DNA of 64,000 nt, taken from assembly GCA_002269645.1 (NCBI GenBank), contig NIVC01003144.1, forward strand, positions 52,992 to 116,991, given 5' to 3'. Position 1 is the first letter of the stretch. The number at the start of each line of letters is the position of its first letter. This DNA comes from Macrostomum lignano (Eukaryota). Shown piece after piece: positions 1-14,316 of this stretch. The translations under genes were made by a program, and so were the position numbers. The notes under the pieces were generated by a model that was not told the DNA's origin, ran no database searches, and worked only from the letters and a program-made list of their open reading frames with translations.

Positions 1-923
1 TCTCCCCCATAGACTCTTCAGCAATCGTCTGTTTAGAAGTCATTGGGTAATTTTCAACTAACTTAGTGCAGTAGGGCTTTTGCTAGTCTACAGAACCTCT
101 GCCAACTGATACTAGAGCATTGCTCAGTTGCAATATTCCAATAAAAAGGTTGAGGCGGAAGAGAACTTGGTGGGGAGAGAGGGGAAGGCTTGGCAGAGAT
201 CTATTATCTGAGAAGGTCCCAGGCATTAATTTCTGGCTATCATGTCTTCCCTCGACCGGTCGCTTATTTTATGTATAAAAAGTCGATTTCCCGGCAACCT
301 CCTCCACTTCCTTCTCTCTCTCTCTGTGGACCAAGTGAAGCCAAGGCCGGGCAAGACCAACCAGCAACCAGCCAGTCGCAGGGGAGTCGAGTTTGAATCG
401 CAGACTACTGCTGGGGCTGCAGAGGCGAATGAGAATGAGGTACGGGGATAGGGGGGTGGGGGCAGAGGGTGGAGCAAGAGGAAGAAGGGGGCTTTACTTG
501 GACAGACGATCTGTAACTCCAGTAGCGTATAACCCGTAGTCCGCTGCGATTGGGGTGTAGAGATAGATTATACTATTGCTGGAGTAGTGCCCCGGGTACC
601 CAGGGTGGAATTATAGCTCCTAATGCAGTCCGACCACAAGAAGAAAAGAACATTTTTTTCGATTTTCTTTGAACACAAATACCACCCGTGGGGAATAAAG
701 TGGTTAGAGGGGTGCGGCGCACGTGTAGGATCAAATTGAGCAGCTGGCTGTACCACACTGTCAAGCTTTTGAAGTTCCGCTTCATTGCTGATGATCCCAG
801 TAGTTTATAAACGGATTCTGCAATCCCGATAATCGCGGATGCACAAAGCTTCTTAATGTTCAAACATCCTATAAATTCTAGGATTCTTGAATCCCGGAAA
901 ATCATTGAGCCCCCAGGATACTA

Positions 924-3900
924 GAATCCCACAGATCCTCAAATCCCACAGATCCTTAAATCCCACAGATCCTCAAATCCCACAAATCCTCAAATCCCAC
1001 AGATCCTCATATCCCACAGATCCTCATATCCCACAGATCCTCATATCGCACAGATCCTCAAATCCCACAGATCCTCAAATCCCACAGATCCTCAAATCCC
1101 ACAGATCCTCAAATCCCACAGATCCTCAAATCCCACAGATCCTCAAATCCCACAGATCCTCAAATCCCACAGATCCTCATATCCCACAGATCCTCATATC
1201 CCACAGATCCTCATATCCCACAGATCCTTAAATACCACAGATCCTTATATCCACAGATCCTCAAATCCCACAGATCCTCATATCCCACAGATCCTCATAT
1301 CCCACAGATCCTCATATCCCACAGATCCTTAAATACCACAGATCCTTATATCCACAGATCCTCAAATCCCACAGATCCTCATATCCCACAGATCCTCAAA
1401 TCCCACAGATCCTTATATCCCACAGATCCTTATAACCCACAGATCCTTATATCCCACAGATCCTTATATCCCACAGATCCTTATATCCCACAGATCCTTA
1501 TATCCCACAGATCCTCAAATCCCACAGATCCTTATATCCCACAGATCCTCAAATCCCACAGATCCTCAAATCCCACAGATCCTCAAGTCCCACAGATCCT
1601 CAAATCCCACAGATCCTCAAATCCCACAGATCCTCAAATCCCACAGATCCTTATATCCCACAGATCCTTATATCCCACAGATCCTTATAACCCACAGATG
1701 AAAAATCCTTATATCTCACAGATTACAGATCCTTATAACCCACAGATCCTTATATCCCACAGATCCTCATATCCCACAGATCCTCAAATTCTCCACAGAT
1801 CCTCAAATCCCACAGATCCTCAAATCTCACAGATCCTCAAATCCCACAGATCCTCATATCCCACAGATCCTCAAATCCCACAGATCCTCAAATTCTCCAC
1901 AGATGCTCAAATCCCACAGATCCTTATATCCCACAGATCCTCATATCCCACAGATCCTCAAATTCTCCACAGATGCTCAAATCCCACAGATTCTTATATC
2001 CCACAGATCCTCATATCCCACAGATCCTCAAATTCTCCACAGATCCTCAAATCCCACAGATCCTCAAATCCCACAGGTCCTCAAATCCCACAGATCCTCA
2101 TATCCCACAGATCCTCAAATCCCACAGATCCTCAAATTCTCCACAGATGCTCAAATCCCACAGATTCTTATATCCCACAGATCCTCATATCCCAAAGATC
2201 CTCAAATTCTCCAAAGATCCTCAAATCCCACAGATCCTCAAATCCCACAGATCCTCAAATCCCACAGATCCTCATATCCCACAGATCCTCAAATCCCACA
2301 GATCCTCAAATTCTCCACAGATGCTCAAATCCCACAGATCCTCATATCCCACAGATCCTCAAATCCCACAGATCCTCAAATTCTCCACAGATCCTCAAAT
2401 CCCACAGATTCTTATATCCCACAGATCCTCATATCCCACAGATCCTCAAATTCTCCACAGATCCTCAAATCCCACAGATCCTCAAATCCCACAGATGCTC
2501 AAATCCCACAGATCCTCATATCCCACAGATCCTCAAATCCCACAGATCCTCAAATTCTCCACAGATGCTCAAATCCCACAGATCCTTATATCCCACAGAT
2601 CCTCATATCCCACAGATCCTCAAATTCTCCACAGATGCTCAAATCCCACAGATTCTTATATCCCACAGATCCTCATATCCCACAGATCCTCAAATTCTCC
2701 ACAGATCCTCAAATCCCACAGATCCTCATATCCCACAGATCCTCAAATCCCACAGATCCTTAAATACCACAGATCCTTATATCCCACAGATCCTCAAATT
2801 CTCCACAGATCCTCAAATCCCACAGATCCTCATATCCCACAGATCCTCAAATCCCACAGATCCTCAAATTCTCCACAGATCCTCAAATCCCACAGATCCT
2901 TATATCCCACAGATCCTCATATCCCACAGATCCTCAAATCCCACAGATCCTTATATCCCACAGATCCTTATATCCCACAGATCCTTATAACCCACAGATG
3001 AAAAATCCTTATATCTCACAGATTACAGATCCTTATAACCCACAGATCCTTATATCCCACAGATCCTCATATCCCACAGATCCTCAAATTCTCCACAGAT
3101 CCTCAAATCCCACAGATCCTCAAATCCCACAGATCCTCAAATCCCACAGATCCTCATATCCCACAGATCCTCAAATCCCACAGATCCTCAAATTCTCCAC
3201 AGATGCTCAAATCCCACAGATCCTTATATCCCACAGATCCTCATAACCCACAGATCCTCAAATTCTCCACAGATGCTCAAATCCCACAGATTCTTATATC
3301 CCACAGATCCTCATATCCCACAGATCCTCAAATTCTCCACAGATCCTCAAATCCCACAGATCCTCAAATCCCACAGATCCTTAAATCCCACAGATCCTCA
3401 TATCCCACAGATCCTCAAATCCCACAGATCCTCAAATTCTCCACAGATGCTCAAATCCCACAGATTCTTATATCCCACAGATCCTCATATCCCAAAGATC
3501 CTCAAATTCTCCACAGATCCTCAAATCCCACAGATCCTCAAATCCCACAGATCCTCAAATCCCACAGATCCTCATATCCCACAGATCCTCAAATCCCACA
3601 GATCCTCAAATTCTCCACAGATGCTCAAATCCCACAGATCCTCATATCCCACAGATCCTCAAATCCCACAGATCCTCAAATTCTCCACAGATGCTCAAAT
3701 CCCACAGATTCTTATATCCCACAGATCCTCATATCCCACAGATCCTCAAATTCTCCACAGATCCTCAAATCCCACAGATCCTCAAATCCCACAGATCCTC
3801 AAATCCCACAGATCCTCATATCCCACAGATCCTCAAATCCCACAGATCCTCAAATTCTCCACAGATGCTCAAATCCCACAGATCCTTATATCCCACAGAT

Positions 3901-4486
3901 CCTCATATCCCACAGATCCTCAAATTCTCCACAGATGCTCAAATCCCACAGATTCTTATATCCCACAGATCCTCATATCCCACAGATCCTCAAATTCTCC
4001 ACAGATCCTCAAATCCCACAGATCCTCATATCCCACAGATCCTCAAATCCCACAGATCCTTAAATACCACAGATCCTTATATCCCACAGATCCTCAAATT
4101 CTCCACAGATCCTCAAATCCCACAGATCCTCATATCCCACAGATCCTCAAATCCCACAGATCCTCAAATTCTCCACAGATCCTCAAATCCCACAGATCCT
4201 TATATCCCACAGATCCTCATATCCCACAGATCCTCAAATTCTCCACAGATGCTCAAATCCCACAGATTCTTATATCCCACAGATCCTCATATCCCACAGA
4301 TCCTCAAATTCTCCACAGATCCTCAAATCCCACAGATCCTCATATCCCACAGATCCTCAAATCCCACAGATCCTTAAATACCACAGATCCTTATATCCCA
4401 CAGATCCTCAAATTCTCCACAGATGCTCAAATCCCACAGATCCTTATATCCCACAGATCCTCAAATTCTCCACAGATGCTCAAATC
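924..4486. repeat. 17-bp minisatellite (CAGATCCTCAAATCCCA), ~3.6 kb, with a 1300-bp higher-order duplication
   Basis: Unit read directly; 19-bp variant CAGATCCTCAAATTCTCCA; the marker ATGAAAAATCCTTATATCTCACAGATTAC occurs at 1698 and 2998. Confidence 0.97.
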
Positions 4487-5293
4487 ATAACGACTTTATA
4501 TTCTAATCAGTTAGTCATATTTTCATTCGTGTAAAAAGCTCACATCCCTAACTCTCTTGGTCAGAACTTTTAAAATGGCTTTATTCCTCATCAGCCAGCT
4601 CAGATCGGGCGAACCAATCCATTTTAGTAGTTTGCCTGGAAGAAATGCAGATGCAAGCTGCAGAAGAACGTCAGCTGTTCCAGCAAGTCGCGCTTCTGTT
4701 GACAGAGCAGCCGCGGTGATGAAGGCAGTTTGGGGATGTCGCACCGGAGATGCTGGCCAGTTCCCAATCGAGTCTGAGCTCCCCCAGCTCCCCAGAAGCA
4801 GCAGTGGGGAGGGAAAATTAATTCAACATGACTCGAAGGCTCCGCTCGGCTGCGCCGCGCCCTCTCCCTGCTTCCCGGTGGCGGGGGCGATGCAGCGAAG
4901 ATTGAGGACTGTCAGGGGGTTCGGGAATGAAAGTGCAGCGCGGTGGCGACAACGGAATCCCAGAGAAGGGGAAAATGAGCCAAATTTTACCTGGTTCGAC
5001 ATTGGCTAGCTGAAGCTAGGAGGCCTGGGATCTTTCACGATGATGCAGACACAGCACACCTTGCCAGTGGAATATATTTAGATAATTAATAATATGCGCT
5101 CATCTTTCACTGTGAAGAGCCGCTGTGTATATTTTACATGCAGAATTGTGAATAGAAATTAATATAAACAATTTTTCACTTCATACAAAGACCTGACTTG
5201 AATGGAGTTAAACAATTAAATTCTTTTAAATTTAGTTCTTTCAAGACTATTGAGACATCTAATAGATAGATAATCTGACTATAGATTATCTAT

Positions 5294-8200
5294 AGATTGA
5301 GACACATCTGACTCCAGATTGAGACACATTTGAGTGAAGATTGAGACACATTTGAGTGAAGATTGAGACACATTTGAGTGAAGATTGAGACACATCTGAG
5401 TGAAGATTGAGACACATTTGAGTGAAGATTGAGACACATCTGAGTGAAGATTGAGACACATCTGAGTGAAGATTGAGACACATTTGAGTGAAGATTGAGA
5501 CACATTTGAGTGAAGATTGAGACACATTTGAGTGAAGATTGAGACACATTTGAGTGAAGATTGAGACACATTTGAGTGAAGTTGAGACACATCTGACTCC
5601 AGATTGAGACACATTTGAGTGAAGATTGAGACACATCTGAGTGAAGATTGAGACACATCTGAGTGAAGATTGAGACACATCTGATTGAAGATTGAGACAC
5701 ATCTGATTGAAGATTGAGACACATCTGATTGAAGATTGAGACACATCTGAGTGAAGATTGAGACACATCTGATTGAAGATTGAGACACATCTGAGTGAAG
5801 ATTGAGACACATCTGATTGAAGATTGAGACACATCTGATTGAAGATTGAGACACATTTGAGTGAAGATTGAGACACATTTGAGTGAAGATTGAGACACAT
5901 TTGAGTGAAGTTGAGACACATCTGACTCCAGATTGAGACACATTTGAGTGAAGATTGAGACACATCTGAGTGAAGATTGAGACACATCTGATTGAAGATT
6001 GAGACACATCTGATTGAAGATTGAGACACATCTGAGTGAAGATTGAGACACATCTGAGTGAAGATTGAGACACATCTGATTGAAGATTGAGACACATCTG
6101 ATTGAAGATTGAGACACATCTGAGTGAAGATTGAGACACATCTGATTGAAGATTGAGACACATTTGAGTGAAGATTGAGACACATCTGATTGAAGATTGA
6201 CACACATCTGAGTGAAGATTGAGACACATTTGAGTGAAGATTGAGACACATCTGAGTGAAGATTGAGACACATCTGATTGAAGATTGAGACACATCTGAT
6301 TGAAGATTGAGACACATCTGAGTGAAGATTGAGACACATCTGAGTGAAGATTGAGACACATCTGATTGAAGATTGAGACACATCTGATTGAAGATTGAGA
6401 CACATCTGATTGAAGATTGAGACACATCTGAGTGAAGATTGAGACACATCTGATTGAAGATTAACACACATCTGAGTGAAGATTGAGACACATCTGAGTG
6501 AAGATTGAGACACATCTGATTGAAGATTGACACACATCTGAGTGAAGATTGAGACACATCTGATTGAAGATTGAGACACATCTGAGTGAAGATTGAGACA
6601 CATCTGATTGAAGATTGAGACACATCTGATTGAAGATTGAGACACATCTGAGTGAAGATTGAGACACATCTGATTGAAGATTGAGACACATTTGAGTGAA
6701 GATTGAGACACATCTGATTGAAGATTGACACACATCTGAGTGAAGATTGAGACACATTTGAGTGAAGATTGAGACACATCTGAGTGAAGATTGAGACACA
6801 TCTGATTGAAGATTGAGACACATCTGATTGAAGATTGAGACACATCTGAGTGAAGATTGAGACACATCTGAGTGAAGATTGAGACACATCTGATTGAAGA
6901 TTGAGACACATCTGATTGAAGATTGAGACACATCTGATTGAAGATTGAGACACATCTGAGTGAAGATTGAGACACATCTGATTGAAGATTGAGACACATC
7001 TGAGTGAAGATTGAGACACATCTGAGTGAAGATTGAGACACATCTGATTGAAGATTGACACACATCTGAGTGAAGATTGAGACACATCTGATTGAAGATT
7101 GAGACACATCTGAGTGAAGATTGAGACACATCTGATTGAAGATTAACACACATCTGAGTGAAGATTGAGACACATCTGATTGAAGATTGACACACATCTG
7201 AGTGAAGATTGAGACACATTTGAGTGAAGATTGAGACACATCTGACTCTAGATTGAGACACATCTGAGTGAAGATTGAGACACATCTGAGTGAAGATTGA
7301 GACACATCTGAGTGAAGATTGAGACACATCTGAGTGAAGATTGAGACACATTTGAGTGAAGTTGAGACACATCTGACTCCAGATTGAGACACATTTGAGT
7401 GAAGATTGAGACACATCTGATTGAAGATTGACACACATCTGAGTGAAGATTGAGACACATTTGAGTGAAGATTGAGACACATCTGATTGAAGATTGACAC
7501 ACATCTGAGTGAAGATTGAGACACATCTGAGTGAAGATTGAGACACATTTGAGTGAAGATTGAGACACATCTGAGTGAAGATTGAGACACATCTGAGTGA
7601 AGATTGAGACACATCTGATTGAAGATTGAGACACATCTGATTGAAGATTGAGACACATCTGAGTGAAGATTGAGACACATCTGAGTGAAGATTGAGACAC
7701 ATCTGATTGAAGATTGACACACATCTGATTGAAGATTGAGACACATCTGATTGAAGATTGAGACACATCTGATTGAAGATTGAGACACATTTGAGTGAAG
7801 ATTGAGACACATTTGAGTGAAGATTGAGACACATTTGAGTGAAGTTGAGACACATCTGACTCCAGATTGAGACACATTTGAGTGAAGATTGAGACACATC
7901 TGAGTGAAGATTGAGACACATCTGATTGAAGATTGAGACACATCTGATTGAAGATTGAGACACATCTGAGTGAAGATTGAGACACATCTGAGTGAAGATT
8001 GAGACACATCTGATTGAAGATTGAGACACATCTGATTGAAGATTGAGACACATCTGAGTGAAGATTGAGACACATCTGATTGAAGATTGAGACACATTTG
8101 AGTGAAGATTGAGACACATCTGATTGAAGATTGAGACACATCTGAGTGAAGATTGAGACACATTTGAGTGAAGATTGAGACACATCTGAGTGAAGATTGA

Positions 8201-11200
8201 GACACATCTGATTGAAGATTGAGACACATCTGAGAGAAGATTGAGACACATCTGAGTGAAGATTGAGACACATTTGAGTGAAGATTGAGACACATCTGAG
8301 TGAAGATTGAGACACATCTGATTGAAGATTGAGACACATCTGATTGAAGATTGAGACACATCTGAGTGAAGATTGAGACACATCTGAGTGAAGATTGAGA
8401 CACATCTGATTGAAGATTGAGACACATCTGATTGAAGATTGAGACACATCTGATTGAAGATTGAGACACATCTGAGTGAAGATTGAGACGCATCTGATTG
8501 AAGATTGAGACACATCTGAGTGAAGATTGAGACACATCTGAGTGAAGATTGAGACACATCTGATTGAAGATTGACACACATCTGAGTGAAGATTGAGACA
8601 CATCTGATTGAAGATTGAGACACATCTGAGTGAAGATTGAGACACATCTGATTGAAGATTGAGACACATCTGATTGAAGATTGAGACACATCTGAGTGAA
8701 GATTGAGACACATCTGATTGAAGATTGAGACACATTTGAGTGAAGATTGAGACACATCTGATTGAAGATTGACACACATCTGAGTGAAGATTGAGACACA
8801 TTTGAGTGAAGATTGAGACACATCTGAGTGAAGATTGAGACACATCTGATTGAAGATTGAGACACATCTGATTGAAGATTGAGACACATCTGAGTGAAGA
8901 TTGAGACACATCTGAGTGAAGATTGAGACACATCTGATTGAAGATTGAGACACATCTGATTGAAGATTGAGACACATCTGATTGAAGATTGAGACACATC
9001 TGAGTGAAGATTGAGACACATCTGATTGAAGATTGAGACACATCTGAGTGAAGATTGAGACACATCTGAGTGAAGATTGAGACACATCTGATTGAAGATT
9101 GACACACATCTGAGTGAAGATTGAGACACATCTGATTGAAGATTGAGACACATCTGAGTGAAGATTGAGACACATCTGATTGAAGATTGAGACACATCTG
9201 ATTGAAGATTGAGACACATCTGAGTGAAGATTGAGACACATCTGATTGAAGATTGAGACACATTTGAGTGAAGATTGAGACACATCTGATTGAAGATTGA
9301 CACACATCTGAGTGAAGATTGAGACACATTTGAGTGAAGATTGAGACACATCTGAGTGAAGATTGAGACACATCTGATTGAAGATTGAGACACATCTGAT
9401 TGAAGATTGAGACACATCTGAGTGAAGATTGAGACACATCTGAGTGAAGATTGAGACACATCTGATTGAAGATTGAGACACATCTGATTGAAGATTGAGA
9501 CACATCTGATTGAAGATTGAGACACATCTGAGTGAAGATTGAGACACATCTGATTGAAGATTGAGACACATCTGAGTGAAGATTGAGACACATCTGAGTG
9601 AAGATTGAGACACATCTGATTGAAGATTGAGACACATCTGAGTGAAGATTGAGACACATCTGATTGAAGATTGAGACACATCTGAGTGAAGATTGAGACA
9701 CATCTGATTGAAGATTGAGACACATCTGAGTGAAGATTGAGACACATCTGATTGAAGATTAACACACATCTGAGTGAAGATTGAGACACATCTGATTGAA
9801 GATTGACACACATCTGAGTGAAGATTGAGACACATTTGAGTGAAGATTGAGACACATCTGACTCTAGATTGAGACACATCTGAGTGAAGATTGAGACACA
9901 TCTGAGTGAAGATTGAGACACATCTGAGTGAAGATTGAGACACATCTGAGTGAAGATTGAGACACATTTGAGTGAAGTTGAGACACATCTGACTCCAGAT
10001 TGAGACACATTTGAGTGAAGATTGAGACACATCTGATTGAAGATTGACACACATCTGAGTGAAGATTGAGACACATTTGAGTGAAGATTGAGACACATCT
10101 GATTGAAGATTGACACACATCTGAGTGAAGATTGAGACACATCTGAGTGAAGATTGAGACACATTTGAGTGAAGATTGAGACACATCTGAGTGAAGATTG
10201 AGACACATCTGAGTGAAGATTGAGACACATCTGATTGAAGATTGAGACACATCTGATTGAAGATTGAGACACATCTGAGTGAAGATTGAGACACATCTGA
10301 TTGAAGATTGAGACACATCTGATTGAAGATTGAGACACATCTGATTGAAGATTGACACACATCTGAGTGAAGATTGAGACACATCTGATTGAAGATTGAG
10401 ACACATCTGATTGAAGATTGAGACACATCTGATTGAAGATTGACACACATCTGAGTGAAGATTGAGACACATCTGAGTGAAGATTGAGACACATCTGAGT
10501 GAAGATTGAGACACATTTGAGTGAAGATTGAGACACATCTGATTGAAGATTGACACACATCTGATTGAAGATTGAGACACATCTGATTGAAGATTGACAC
10601 ACATCTGAGTGAAGATTGAGACACATTTGAGTGAAGATTGAGACACATCTGAGTGAAGATTGAGACACATCTGATTGAAGATTGAGACACATCTGAGAGA
10701 AGATTGAGACACATCTGAGTGAAGATTGAGACACATTTGAGTGAAGATTGAGACACATCTGATTGAAGATTGACACACATCTGAGTGAAGATTGAGACAC
10801 ATTTGAGTGAAGATTGAGACACATCTGAGTGAAGATTGAGACACATCTGATTGAAGATTGAGACACATCTGAGTGAAGATTGAGACACATCTGATTGAAG
10901 ATTGAGACACATCTGATTGAAGATTGAGACACATCTGATTGAAGATTGAGACACATCTGAGTGAAGATTGAGACACATTTGAGTGAAGATTGAGACACAT
11001 TTGAGTGAAGATTGAGACACATTTGAGTGAAGATTGAGACACATTTGAGTGAAGATTGAGACACATCTGAGTGAAGATTGAGACACATTTGAGTGAAGAT
11101 TGAGACACATTTGAGTGAAGATTGAGACACATTTGAGTGAAGATTGAGACACATCTGAGTGAAGATTGAGACACATCTGAGTGAAGATTGAGACACATCT

Positions 11201-11287
11201 GAGTGAAGATTGAGACACATTTGAGTGAAGATTGAGACACATTTGAGTGAAGATTGAGACACATCTGAGTGAAGATTGACACACATC
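5294..11287. repeat. 22-bp minisatellite (GATTGAGACACATCTGAGTGAA), ~6 kb, ~270 copies
   Basis: Unit read directly; interspersed variants at a few positions; marker blocks recur 2616 bp apart (7141/9757, 7241/9857). Confidence 0.98.
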
Positions 11288-12544
11288 AAGACACTGAGGC
11301 ACACGAGCGTAATAGTATTATTAAACAAGACGTCCGTAGTTGCGGAAAACGATTTCTTCCCATATTTGCAGAAAGCGAGGAGCCCATGCAGCTGCATGCT
11401 GACTGCTCAGTGGCTGAATGTAAAAAAAACCTTTTTCCGGGTCTCGTAGTTTGACTGTGACTGGAAGCGGGGAAATTTGATTGAAAGAAGGAAGTAGAAA
11501 AAGTTTAAGCTGCCTCGAGGCAAAATCTTTCTTAGTGGCGGCCGGGCAGATGCGCCACTGCTGCTGACCTAAAAAGTACACCGAGTTATTATTAACTGCA
11601 TAAGCATTTAATTATGGCCCATCTAAAATGAAATTATCGAGCTAAGCTGTTTAATACGCAGGCTTTGATTTGATACTTATGTTTTAATCTCATAACCATA
11701 TTTCTGGCGTAATACGTACGTGTATGATGACGACTACACCTAGACTATATATCAGTCTTTTTGAGTTCAATGCACAGTACACTGCACAATTTAAATATAA
11801 TGAAGGGTTCCTGCGCGGCTCAAAAGTACATTCAATTAGCTATTTTTTTTTAGAAACAAAAGATCTATTTTACGCCTGCACCATTTTAATTTAATTAAAC
11901 TGTTGCCTAAGTGACTCACCCACATGGCTCATTAAGTCTCCTTTGTCAAACTACGGCACTAAAAGCCGGCTCTCATAGTTACATGTATTCGTTCGCCAAT
12001 AATTCCAGTTTGGCAACGCAATAAAGTGCGTAGTAGCTCGATAGGCAGCTGAGTAGGCTCCCACGCGCTGGCACTAGAAATCAGTGCGAATCAACAAAGG
12101 CATTGCCTTTATCAATGCAGGGCCTCAACCCTTCTCTAGCTCAATTATTCTTAGATTGTGACCGGCATCTTTTGATTGACAACTGTTAAATCAATGAATT
12201 ATTAAAGTAAGACAGCCCACTATGTGCATCCGTTAACGAGAACTACGAACGTAGCAGTGATGGTACATATAATGTACGCTCGCACTTGCTCACGAGTTAA
12301 GGTAATATTAAAAGTCAATAAATATTTCCTGCAATATTAAATTTTCACAGTCATTCCTGAATAACCTACTTGAAGTAGCATAAACCCACTGTAATATGCC
12401 AGTATATGCTTCATGCTTAGGGTTCTGTTTTGCACATAAACAACTCTAGTTTATTCATCTAAACCCTAGTGTCTTTTGGCATGCTGGGTTCTAAACCTTG
12501 GTGTCAAATTAAAATCGAACAATTTAGGCTTGGCGACATCAATT

Positions 12545-13595
12545 AGGATCTGGGAGGCTGGCCCAGTAATTGAGGATCTGGGAAGGGTGGCCCAGCAATT
12601 GAGGATCTGGGAGAATGGACCTGCAATTGAGGATCTGGGAACCTGGCCCAGCAACTGAGGATCTGGGAAGCTGGCCCAGCGACTGAGGATCTGTTAAGGG
12701 TAACCAAAAAAACTGAGGATCTGGGAGGCTGGCCCAGAAACTGAGGGTCTGTGAGGCTGGCTCAACAACTGGGGATCTGTGAGGCTGGCCCAGCAACTGA
12801 GGATCTGGGAAGGGTGGCCCAGCAACTGAGAATCTGGGAAGGGTGGCCCAGCAACTGAGGATCTGGGAGACTGGCCCAGCAACTGAGGAACTGGGAAGGT
12901 GGCCCCGCCAAGCAACTGAGGATCTGGGAGACTGGACCTGGACCAGAAACTGAGGATCTGAGAGGGTGGCCCAGCAACTGAGGATCTGGGAGGCTGGCCA
13001 AGCAACTGAGGATCTGGGAGGCTGGCCCAGCAACTGAGGAACTGGGAAGGTGGCCCCGCCAAGCAACTGAGGATCTGGGAGACTGGACCTGGACCAGAAA
13101 CTGAGGATCTGAGAGGGTGGCCCAGCAACTGAGGATCTGGGAGGCTGGCCAAGCAACTGAGGATCTGGGAGGCTGGCCCAGCAACTGAGGAACTGGGAAG
13201 GTGGCCCCGCCAAGCAACTGAGGATCTGGGAGACTGGACCTGGACCAGAAACTGAGGATCTGAGAGGGTGGCCCAGCAACTGAGGATCTGGGAGACTGGC
13301 CCAGCAACTGAGGATCTGGGAGACTGGCCCAGCAACTGAGGAACTGGGAAGGTGGCCCCGCCAAGCAACTGAGGATCTGGGAGACTGGACCTGGACCAGA
13401 AACTGAGGATCTGAGAGGGTGGCCCAGCAACTGAGGATCTGGGAGGCTGGCCAAGCAACTGATGATCTGGGAGGCTGGCCCAGCAACTGAGGAACTGGGA
13501 AGGTGGCCCCGCCCAGCAGCTGAGGATCTGGGAGACTGGACCTGGACCAAAAACTGAGGATCTGAGAGGCTGGCCAAGCAACTGAGGATCTGGGA
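12545..13595. repeat. 28-bp minisatellite (GGCCCAGCAACTGAGGATCTGGGAGGCT) with a 151-bp higher-order repeat
   Basis: GGACCTGG marker at 12934, 13085, 13236, 13387 and 13538. Confidence 0.96.
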
Positions 13596-13596
13596 G

Positions 13597-13807
13597 GGAG
13601 GCGGAGCAGCTCAATAATAAAGGCATGCGACTCCTGGGGTTCAATTCCGCACGCGGCCGCATTCATTTTGGGCCTGTACACGAAAATTCGCACCCATGAG
13701 GGCCAACCCCCAAGGCACAGAGATTGTACATGCCTGACGGTTAGAAAGTCAGGGCCGCTGTACACCCCGTGTGAGCGTGAGTATGAATGCGTGTCTGCTT
13801 ACAGTAT
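13597..13807 (+). mobile_element. tRNA-derived SINE-like element, copy 1
   Basis: Head GGCGGAGCAGCTCAATAATAAA (A-box-like) and GGTTCAATTCC (B-box-like); an ~80-bp body GTACATGCCTGACG.TTAGAAAGTCA...TACAGTAT (13726-13807) is shared with 62304-62387. Confidence 0.65.
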
Positions 13808-14316
13808 GTGCTCACAATATGGGGCGATTGTTAATTAATAGCCAAGTAAATAATGAATAGCATAGCAAGTCCAATTAATGACAATATTTTTTTGTGCCCA
13901 GAAGCGTTCACAGACAGTGCCAACGTATGAGTATATTTTAATTAATAAATTAATAAGAGAATAAAAAACAATAATATTACAAGCTAACATAGACATATTT
14001 ACACGCAGTTGGCATGCAATTTATTGAACAAATTACCGTATAAACATAATGGCACGCTTTATTAATAGAAAAATGAAGAACGCGAATAGATTAACAACGA
14101 TATGTACAAGCAGGATGCGAATTTTCCCTAATCATAGCACAATAAAATTTAGATTATCAATAGTCTTTCTTGCAAACATAAATTTTTGGAAAGACGCTGA
14201 AGGGAGGGAGAAAAGAAACTGCGGATGTCAATAAGCATAATTTATCTGCTTAGACAGAAAAATAAAACCATAATTAAAACCGCCATGAACGACAAATACC
14301 ATGCAGCAGGAAGAGG

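Noticed and set aside
887-4490. Overlapping PQIL/SHRSS repeat ORFs
   Set aside because: Translations of the 17-bp array in all three plus frames.
4557-5009. 150-aa plus-strand ORF between the two large arrays
   Set aside because: No recognisable domain and no convincing splice pair; covered only by the low-confidence hidden-gene finding.
5279-11397. Very long minus-strand ORFs (up to 2035 aa, Cys-rich 22-aa repeat)
   Set aside because: The 22-nt unit has no stop in any minus-strand frame, so all three frames are open. There is no domain signature; this is a by-product of the satellite.
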